NCBI RefSeq assembly: GCF_964355755.1
Contig: NC_092674.1
Span: forward strand, 13,268,001-13,332,000
Length of the DNA: 64,000 nt
Reading direction: 5' to 3'
Source: Antedon mediterranea
Taxonomy: Eukaryota; Animalia; Echinodermata
Shown one piece after another: positions 27,980 to 37,816 of the stretch. Positions within the stretch are counted from its first letter, which is position 1. Every line of letters begins with the position of its first letter. The notes under the pieces were generated by a model. That model saw nothing but the letters and a program-made list of their open reading frames with translations. It had not been told where the DNA came from and made no database searches. Both the position numbers and the translations under genes were made by a program.

Positions 27980-29013
27980 TTAATTTAGGTCTGGTAATTT
28001 AAATCCTGTAAACACTGGGTCATCTCCAGGTGGTGGGAAATGTGCTCTTATGCAAGAGACAACACAAGACGGAAGCACTATACGGATATTTTTTTCGACA
28101 TATCCATGTATCCATCGGGCATACTGTTCTGTTTTTTTGGTCCGTTATAGATAACTTTCTTATCATAGTGTTGCTTATACAAAAGCCATGCTACTTCCAG
28201 CACCCAAGGGTCAAGAGCAACAGACTTGAAACCTGGATGATTTGTGATGCAGGAGAATGGAGCATCATTGTTGAACAGATTGACATTGTCTTCAAGTTTA
28301 GCACTTGTGTTTTCGCACTCCTTGCAGCAGATGCACTCTTCCCCTGAGCCCATGATTTGGAAATGTTAACAGGAACACCTGAACAAGATGAAAAAATTTA
28401 TTTAGTCATTATAAAACTAATTATTATGATAATTAGTTGGTCATATCAGTAGTCACTCAAGCAAGTGAAATTCAAATGTTTGCTTAATGAAAATATAATT
28501 AGCACTTGCCCATTTGAACTATGACCAGAATATTAATATTAATACTTTAGGCCTAGTCTATCTATTATTATAACCCAAGTCAAGGAGTAGCCTATTATTA
28601 AACCACCGTCCCAAATCCGACCCATCTAATAATCATCAAACAAATTACGATGGGGACTTTATATTAACGTATGGCATCTCACAAAATTAGAAAAAAAACC
28701 CTATTGTATATTTAGAATTTAGAAACACTGAGGTAGCTCTAGCTTCGATTGATTAATTAGGCCTAGCCCAATCAAGCAGACGCTTCACTACACAAACCAC
28801 CTACCATTCTAAATTATCCAGGCGTGCAGCCATCATGTGAGTCAACATCTTCGCCTTGGGCTTCTTCATCAATGTCTTGTAATGTTCCTCAAAACGTGGT
28901 TTGAAATTATATGGTATCATAAGGCCAGTACCATTTTCCTCATCACTTGATGATGAACTACTACTACTAGGTCTATCTGATGAAACACTTTCTAAATCGC
29001 TTTCGGAATCCAT
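27980..29013 (-). pseudogene. KolX / P2X7 C-terminal (ballast)-like Cys-rich protein, 2 exons (28805-29013, 27980-28378)
   Basis: PYNFKP...RLDNLEW|CSC*...ECICCKE...CITNHPGF...LDPWVLE...RWIHGY...IRIVLPSCVVSCIRAHFP...FTGF; one in-frame stop and one frameshift. Confidence 0.88.
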
Positions 29014-30279
29014 AACAAATATTCAGTAAGCTTGTTGTGATCGCCGCGGGGTGTGTTATAAGGCGCAAGATGCAGGTTAGTTCCTCCTCGCGATCGTCGG
29101 TGTTCTGGCTGTGACGTCACATACAAATGTCGAAAGGTAACATTTCGTGACCAAATAACGACACACATAATGAATTGCTTTTTTTTTCATATATATAACA
29201 ATTTATTATTGAAACTCAATTTAACATAGTATCTACATATATTATTCTTGATACTGATAATAGTAAATGTCGTATTTGTCGAAAGTGTAGCACTAGCACT
29301 TTAAATAATTTGTGTAAACAGCGTTTGCCAACTGAAAAGTTTGGACTAGTGGCGAAGGCTTTAACCTATTACGATGGAGCCCTCGGTTCGAGGTCTTTCA
29401 AGAACATGTTTTTTTTAAATAGTTGAGAGAGATTATTTAGAGGGTTAGGTTTAGTATATTTAGGAAGTAGATCAGCTATCTTGCAATTCTTTATAATAGA
29501 AAATAATTAAGGTAATGAATTATTCATGATTTCTGCCTTATCTGACGAGTAAAGAAAATTTCGCGCCCGGGTCTCTGGTTTCCAGGGGCGTTGTCATATT
29601 ATCGAGAACCATTCATATACACTCACTAGAAGGTGAGAGAGCAAAGCAAACGAATCTAGTTATTATAAATACGCTAACATTTACCTCATGGAAGACATTT
29701 AGCTCGTAGTATTATGAACGTGCGCTTATAGCGCATCGTGGTGTTAAGCCGAATATAAAAAAATATTAGTGAAACGCGTAATAACATTGCAGTAATAATA
29801 TTTAATTCATAAATTTAATGAAAATATAATCAAACAAAACAATTGTTCTGGAAGTTGTTTAAGGGTTATTTTAAAAAAAAACACATCGACTACGATTTAT
29901 TTTTAAACAATGTTAATATGTTTTGGTATCGGAATATGTCATATTTTCGATGAATTAAATACACTTATTTTGATAGCTAAAAAATTTATATTCAACTGTA
30001 ACATTAAAGATGACCCACTGTATTTTAACAAATTTAAAGTCATTGTTAAAAGAAATATTGAAATAGAAACAAATGTTGATTTGAAAATGATAATATGCAT
30101 ACAACCTAAATGAACAAATTAGGAATATAATCTACCTTTTAACTACCATGATATGTATAAATGTTCGTTTGATTGTGTTTTGTTTTGTATGTTGTTGTTG
30201 AGAAGCATTTTGTTTGTCTTGTTGCTACAGCTGGTGGCGCATTGTTTCTTTTTTTGGAATTGAAATAATAAAAAAAAAT

Positions 30280-30450
30280 ATTACAAAGTGCGACAGGAGT
30301 TATTACAAAGTGCGACAGGAGTTATTACAAAGTGTGTGAGCTCGATTACTACAAAGTGCAAAGGTTATCACAAAGTGTGACAGTTGTGTAACCATGTGCG
30401 CACGACAGTTATTACACAGTATTATGTGACGATTAAAGTGCGACAATACA
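30280..30450. repeat. Minisatellite, ~21-bp unit TTATTACAAAGTGCGACAGGAG
   Basis: About 7 degenerate tandem copies. Confidence 0.8.
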
Positions 30451-31421
30451 AAGCGGGTTTAAAGATAGTTATTATAAGTAGAGAACATGATGGTATAGTC
30501 AGTCGTGGTTATAACAATGGTTAACAATGGGGATAGTATAAGACAATAGAGTATATCATTTCACTAGAATTGTTATATAGATTTGTTATATATTAATATA
30601 CATTATAATATAAAATTAATAAATATTAAATAAAAATGATATGGTGATTTAGTTGCTTGTGAACAAATGGTTTACAATGGTTGAAGTCAATAGGTGTTAT
30701 GTTTCGGATTATAATACAATGGTTAACATAGGGTAAGGAAGTGAGACAATAATAGTTTTTGTAAGATTTGAATTAGTCATGGATTCAATAAAGATGCACC
30801 TGGTTAATTAAAACTAGTTAATTGAGGTTTTTGCTTGATGTATGCCGACATAATACAAAGACATAAGTTATTTGATCCGGATATTATAACAATGACTAAA
30901 ACAAAAAGATAAGAATGAATAGTTAAATAGCGTTTACAGGCAAAATATAGGCAAAATTGTAAGTATTAGTCAGATGTACAAATTACTGAAAAACAAAATA
31001 TTACTAGGAAGTATGAAACAATAGGTATTGTGTTTCGGGGTATATAACAATATATGTTAAAGGTGTCTTCCGACATATAATTAATACGGGGTATTTTATA
31101 ACAAAGATAAAAATAAAAAGAAGACTATAATGAAGTGATATAATAAGTATGTCTTGCTTGATCTTTGGCGACATAATCCAAAGACATAAGGCATTTTCTT
31201 CCGGATATTTAAGATTTGAAAATAAACGTTATTTAAGTATGTACAATTAAGTAAATAAAAGGTAATCTTCTGATGTCATGCATAAATTAATTTATGTTTA
31301 AATATCGGGGGGGGGGGGAGGGGGTATTATTTGAAATTCTATGTCAGTGTTTTCAATTACATCGAAGTCACTCAAACTCTAGTACTAGTTCCAAAGTATT
31401 ACCGTTACACGAGGTTAAAAG

Positions 31422-31922
31422 ATGAATTCTAACGTGTATACCGGTAATGAACAAAAATTTGAAAACAGCAGTCTTAGCGGTAACGAGGAATTTTTGTTAG
31501 AAATTCTTGATGACAACGATGAAATGGTAAGTTGAATCAATTTGTACAAGAAAAAAAAAGAAATTTACGTATATTATTTTCAAAATGTTATTAAGATTTA
31601 ATTTGTTCTGTCTGTTACATGGGGTCTTGTTATTTAATTTTCAGATTCGATGTATAGAAGAGTTAATTGATGATCAGAACGAATTATGTAATGAAATGGT
31701 AAGTTACTATTTCTATAAATTTATTTTTAAAATGGTAATAATATATGATATTTAGTCTAATATAAACAACATTTTGTATTACAGTACGGTATTTTGATTG
31801 AAAGTAGTAATAACGAAAGGGAAGAAACACTTCAATTAGAGAATGACATGGCAGTTGCAGAAATTTGCCGCATTGCAAGAAACAAAAGAGGTAATTTAGA
31901 CGAAGAAGAAAATGATTTATGA
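31422..31922 (+). CDS. Spliced 98-aa acidic protein with an IxCxE motif (exons 31422-31526, 31645-31698, 31785-31922)
   Basis: Two GTAAGT...CAG phase-0 introns join an open frame from ATG to TGA; missed by the ORF track. Confidence 0.7.
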
Positions 31923-32109
31923 GTATGATTGCACTTCGACCAATGTTCCGACAGGAAATACAACAATGACAATTGGCTGAAACAAATTTAGTAAATGCCG
32001 AATGTAATCATTTGACTGTATATAACTCTCGATTATTTTGTAATCTTTACCTCATTCTACAACGCTACAGAGCTCGACAAGACAGACCAAAAACCAACAA
32101 CTAGTTACT

Positions 32110-32913
32110 ATGGTTTCCGTGATTGAAATCATTGATCTTACTATGGACTCTCATGTCGAAGAAGATGTTACATATATATAAGCAGTGATTCAGAATTTGA
32201 AGACGAAGACATACTAGCTATGACTGGTGCCTATTTTACAGCAGAGGAGGAGGAAGAGATGAGGGAAGAGATGGGGGATATGACGTGTTTAATGGTGATT
32301 CAACCCCCACCTCCAATGAACGTTGATTTCAATAATGTATCTAATACTGAAGAAGACGAACATTATAGATCGAGAATAATTTCTGAAGAGGAGAGGATTG
32401 TATACGACGACACGTCATCGGTAGTTGACTACCACCTATTTCTGGCAAGAAAAGCCGATATAGAAGATGAGGTAGAAGATGGGGTGTTTGCGGAAGAGTA
32501 CCTGAACCCTGTGCTGGGGATGGAAATTTAGAAAGAAACTACCGAACAATGATGAGGTGTTTACGGAAGAGTACTTGAACCCTGTGCTGGAGGCGGAAAT
32601 TAAGAAAGAAACTACCGAACTTAAGTACAAAGAAATAATGAGAACAATTGAGAAGGTTTTCAAAGAAGAATTTATATTCATTCTGAATGACATGGTTGAA
32701 CGTTATAACTTTCACGGCTCAAGATATGAGCAACTTCTAACAATTTTTCGACCAATTCTGGCATTGAAACTTGTGGACAATAGCGCTATCCATTTTGAAT
32801 GGGCGCTAAACTACTTTCATTTACGTTGTATCAATGTTGATGCGTTCGATAAAGCCATAAAGTTGATTACAAATGATTCAGAACTGTTTAATAAGATTCT
32901 TAACCAGTTGTAA
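32110..32913 (+). pseudogene. Left-arm copy of the acidic SIM-motif gene plus downstream helical ORF
   Basis: Mirror of 36327-37126; +2 insertion near 32170 and AAG>TAG at 32529-31; downstream part 32557-32913 open. Confidence 0.8.
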
Positions 32914-33159
32914 TTTATATAAATTTAAATATTATCATAACACTTTTAATTAATGTTATATATTTTTATAATTCTTATTTCTTTTCGGTAAATTTATTAT
33001 TATTATGGTTGTAAAATATATTGAAATAGAATGTGTGTTAAAATAAAGGTTGTGTGTTTTTTTTAAGGCAACAACGAAAATGAAATTTGATCTTTGCGTG
33101 GTATTTAAGTATTTGATTTATTTTTTTAATTTTAATTTGGTTGAATGAGGGTAATGAGT

Positions 33160-33390
33160 ATGGATGAGTACATAAGAAAAGTATATTACGATCTTAAGCA
33201 TCCTGATAGTTTAGGTGGTGTGGACCGACTTTATCAAAATGTAAAAGACGATTTAAATATTACCAAGAGACAAGTTCAAGACTGACTGTGCAAGCAAGAT
33301 ACATTATACATTACACAAATCCATTCAACGTAAATTCAAACGAAACTGGGTACTTGTAAGTGCTATTGATGAACAATGGGAACTGGATTG
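33160..33390 (+). pseudogene. Maverick/Polinton integrase N-terminal fragment
   Basis: MDEYIRKVYYDLKHPDSLGGVDRLYQNVK...VQD*LCKQDT/YTLHKSIQRKFKRNWVLVSAIDEQWELD; truncated at about the first catalytic Asp. Confidence 0.88.
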
Positions 33391-34869
33391 GGAAAAATAA
33401 CGTGTTTGCAAAATCAAAGGTTTGACTTTAAAGGAAGTCAATTTTGAAATAGTTGGTAGCATGGTACGGGTACTAATCCTAACAAAATAACCCGTAAACC
33501 AAAATCTAGCTTAATATTTATTTTATATTATAAATTTGTAAAAGTAGTTACCATATTTTAATTTATGGTAAATTTATTTTTCGAATTAATTTAATTTGTT
33601 TTCTTTTCTGTTGAATTTTTATTATTATTATGTTTGTAAAGTGTATTGCAATAGATTTGTTTAATGAAATAAATTAATTATGTTTTGACTTAATTTATGT
33701 CAGTGTAAATTTGTAAAAGTAGTTTCCCTATTTTAATTCATGATAAATTTATTTCTTTTCTGTTAAAGTTTTATTATTATTATTATGTTTTGTAAAGTGT
33801 ATTACAATAGAATGTGTATTTCAATAAATTTTGTTTTTAACATCAACAACAAAAATGAAATTTTATCTTTGCGTGTTGTTTAATTCGTGTATGATGTTTT
33901 TCTAATTTATTTATAAAAAAAACAAAAATTGACTTTAAATTTCAAAAAGTCAAAGGAATTCAATTTTGAAATAGTTAGTAGCATGGTACAAGGAATCGAC
34001 AAGGAAAAAATAACAACAATTAATTTAATTTAATTCTTCTTTTCTGTGGAATTATTATTATTATTATTATTATTATTATGTTTGTGAAGTGTATTGCAAT
34101 AGATTTGTTTAATGAAATAAGTTAATTATGTTTTGACTTAATTTATGTCAGTGTAAATTTTGTAAAAGTAGTTTTCCTATTTTAATTCATGGTAAATTTA
34201 TTTCTTGACTTAATTTAATTAGTTATCTTTTCTGCTGTTATATATATGTTTTTTAAGGTGTAGTGCAATAGAATGTGTATTGAAATAAATTTTGTTTTTA
34301 ACAGCAACAATAAAAATGAAATTTGATCTTTGCGTGTTATTTAATTCCTGTATGATGTTTTTCTAATTTATTTCTACAAAAAGAAAACACATTTTTGAAT
34401 TTGTTAAATGTAATTGCAAACACGCATAATAAATGATTGTGATTAAAAATATTCTGTTTACTTCTTTTATTTTAAACAGTAGGTCTATAATGTAAAGTTA
34501 TATTTTATAATATAATAAGTAATATTACAAAAATAAACATACACAATGTATAATGCATATATTTATTACATTTAAATACAATTTTTTTATTTCAAAATGA
34601 ATTTCATATTCTACGTGTTTTTCAATTTTAAATCTTTTAAGAAAGACACAATACGTACTGCTAAAAAAAAAACACGATATGTAACGACGGTTTCAATAAA
34701 AAGTCATATTATAAATGTATTTTTACCAAATTTATAAAGTAAAGGGTTATTATTGAGAAATATACATTTTAGATAAATGATAACACATCTAAAATTAATT
34801 AGAGAGATCAATACAATATGGTGTTCATAATAATTTGTTTTGATGACTAGAGGAAACATCTGAAGACAT

Positions 34870-35415
34870 TCAACAAAAAACAAGCGTTAACACCATACCA
34901 GTCACTAAGAATGCTACTACTCTGAAAAAAACATCTCCCTTCCTGCACACAAAAATTAAAATAATTAGTAAACGAAACACGCGCATTTTAAATAAAATGA
35001 ATAATTTAAGAATATTTGTTAAAATACCCACGAACAAAAAAAAAAGAAACATACTAACCGATTCATCGTCATTACGAAGTTCAAATAACGAAAACTTTTC
35101 CTTGAAAAATCCACAAGAGACACGTTTTACATTTTCTAACTGCATTTCAGTGTCACATTGTTTCGCAACACATGTACATACAACGAGTCCTGTCACAAGT
35201 CTGCCGAAATTTATTTTTTTATCGCTCATCATTTGTTCTAATACATAATACAGCGCTTCCGAAGAAATATCTTTACACAATTCTAACACATTAAAATTGT
35301 TTTCCAACTCTTTACAAGCACGAATAGTACTCTGGAGGATGGGTGAATCCAAAACAATTAACCCCGTCAATTTATATTAAATGTATGCTAAAACTACTTC
35401 CTCTAAATCAACCAT
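34870..35415 (-). pseudogene. Bcl-2-family homologue in the palindrome spacer, with one in-frame TAA at codon 13
   Basis: BH4-like EEVVLAYI*YKL, BH3-like ILQSTIRACKELENNF, BH1-like YVLEQMMSDKKINFGRLVTGL, hydrophobic C-terminal tail; intronless. Confidence 0.8.
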
Positions 35416-35847
35416 AACGCTCGACAAAACAAATGATAATGGATGTAATTACCATGAAAGTTACAACTTAAAACATTTTAAAGAAATAAATTTATCATGA
35501 ATTAAAATAGGGAAACTACTTTTACAAATTTACACTGACATAAATTAAGTCAAAACATAATTAATTTATTTCATTAAACAAATCTATTGCAATACACTTT
35601 ACAAACATAATAATAATAAAAATTCAACAGAAAAGAAAACAAATTAAATTAATTCGAAAAATAAATTTACCATAAATTAAAATAGGGTAACTACTTTTAC
35701 AAATTTATAATATAAAATAAATATTAAGCGAGATTTTGGTTTACGGGTTATTTTGTTAGGATTAGTACCCGTACCATGCTACCAACTATTTCAAAATTGA
35801 CTTCCTTTAAAGTCAAACCTTTGATTTTGCAAACACGTTATTTTTCC

Positions 35848-36078
35848 CAATCCAGTTCCCATTGTTCATCAATAGCACTTACAAGTACCCAGTTTCGTTT
35901 GAATTTACGTTGAATGGATTTGTGTAATGTATAATGTATCTTACTTGCACAGTCAGTCTTGAACTTGTCTCTTGGTAATATTTAAATCGTCTTTTACATT
36001 TTGATAAAGTCGGTCCACACCACCTAAACTATCAGGATGCTTAAGATCGTAATATACTTTTCTTATGTACTCATCCAT
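35848..36078 (-). pseudogene. Right-arm copy of the integrase fragment
   Basis: Reverse complement of 33160-33390 with the same TGA and frameshift, plus an extra CAA>TAA. Confidence 0.88.
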
Positions 36079-36685
36079 ACTCATTACCCTCATTCAACCA
36101 AATTAAAATTAAAAAAATAAATCAAATACTTAAATACCACGCAAAGATCAAATTTCATTTTCGTTGTTGCCTTAAAAAAACACACAACCTTTATTTTAAC
36201 ACACATTCTATTTCAATATATTTTACAACCATAATAATAATAAATTTACCGAAAAGAAATAAGAATTATAAAAATATATAACATTAATTAAAAGTGTTAT
36301 GATAATATTTAAATTTATATAAATTACAACTGGTTAAGAATCTTATTAAACAGTTCTGAATCATTTGTAATCAACTTTATGGCTTTATCGAACGCATCAA
36401 CATTGATACAACGTAAATGAAAGTAGTTTAGCGCCCATTCAAAATGGATAGCGCTATTGTCCACAAGTTTCAATGCCAGAATTGGTCGAAAAAAATGTTA
36501 GAAGTTGCTCATATCTTGAGCCGTGAAAGTTATAACGTTCAACCATGTCATTCAGAATGAATATAAATTCTTCTATGAAAACCTTCTCAATTGTTCTCAT
36601 TATTTCTTTGTACTTAAGTTCGGTAGTTTCTTTCTTAATTTCAGCCTCCAGCACAGGGTTCAGGTACTCTTCCGTAAACACCTCA

Positions 36686-37126
36686 TCATTGTTCGGTAGT
36701 TTCTTTCTTAATTTCCGCCTCCAGCACAGGGTTCAGGTACTCTTCCGCAAACACCCCATCTTCTACCTCATCTTCTACATCGGCTTTTCTTGCCAGAAAT
36801 AGGTGGTAGTCAACTACCGATGACGTGTCGTCGTATACAATCCTCTCCTCTTCAGAAATTATTCTCGATCTATAATGTTCGTCTTCTTCAGTATTAGATA
36901 CATTATTGAAATCAACGTTCATTGGAGGTGGGGGTTGAATCGCCATTAAACACGTCATATCCCCCATCTCTTCCCTCATCTCTTCCTCCTCCTCTGCTGT
37001 AAAATAGGCACCAGTCATAGCTAGTATGTCTTCGTCTTCAAATTCTGAATCACTGCTTATATATATAACATCTTCTTCGACATCAGAGTCCATAGTAAGA
37101 TCAATGATTTCAATCACGGAAACCAT
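36686..37126 (-). CDS. Acidic 146-aa protein with two N-terminal SUMO-interacting-like motifs (right-arm copy, open)
   Basis: VIEIIDLTMDSD and VIYISSDSE; TATA-like sequence upstream; continues in another frame into a repeat (EEYLNPVLEAEIKKETTE x2) and a helical region to ~36327. Confidence 0.7.
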   Translation of the reverse strand: MVSVIEIIDLTMDSDVEEDVIYISSDSEFEDEDILAMTGAYFTAEEEEEMREEMGDMTCLMAIQPPPPMNVDFNNVSNTEEDEHYRSRIISEEERIVYDDTSSVVDYHLFLARKADVEDEVEDGVFAEEYLNPVLEAEIKKETTEQ

Positions 37127-37314
37127 AGTAACTAGTTGTGGGTTTTTGGTCTGTCTTGTCGAGCTCTGTAGCGTTGTAGAATGAGGTAAAGATTACAAAA
37201 TAATCGAGAGTTATATACAGTCAAAGGATTACATTCTGCATTTACTAAATTTGTTTCAGCCAATTGTCATTGTTGTATTTCCTGTCGGAACATTGGTCGA
37301 AGTGCAATCATACT

Positions 37315-37816
37315 CATAAATCATTTTCTTCTTCGTCTAAATTACCTCTTTTGTTTCTTGCAATGCGACAAATTTCTGCAACTGCCATGTCATTCTCTAA
37401 TTGAAGTGTTTCTTCCCTTTCGTTATTACTACTTTCAATCAAAATACCGTACTGTAACACAAAATGTTGTTTATATTAGACTAAATATCATATATTATTA
37501 CCATTTTAAAAATAAATTTATAGAAATAGTAACTTACCATTTCATTACATAATTCGTTCTGATCATCAATTAACTCTTCTATACATCGAATCTGAAAATT
37601 AAGTAACAAGACCCCATGTAACAGACAGAACAAATTAAATCTTAATAACATTTTGAAAATAATATACGTACATTTCTTTTTTTTTCTTGTACAAATTGAT
37701 TCAACTTACCATTTCATCGTTGTCATCAAGAATTTCTAACAAAAATTCCTCGTTACCGCTAAGACTGCTCTGTTTTCAAATTCTTGTTCATTACCGGTAT
37801 GCACGTTAGAATTCAT
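37315..37816 (-). pseudogene. Right-arm copy of the spliced IxCxE gene
   Basis: Mirror of 31422-31922 with a +2 (AG) insertion in exon 1 near 37770. Confidence 0.65.

Larger units (their letters stand above)
25428..29300. mobile_element. Kolobok-family element with convergent THAP and KolX genes and no transposase core
   Basis: TTAA TSD (25424-27, 29301-04); TIR AGTGCTAGT; gene content typical of Kolobok. Confidence 0.85.
25313..29564. mobile_element. MULE-type MITE, host of the Kolobok insertion
   Basis: ~50-bp TIR GCGAAATTTTCTTTACTCGTCAGATAAGGCAG...; perfect 9-bp TSD GCCCGGGTC (25304-25312, 29565-29573). Confidence 0.85.
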
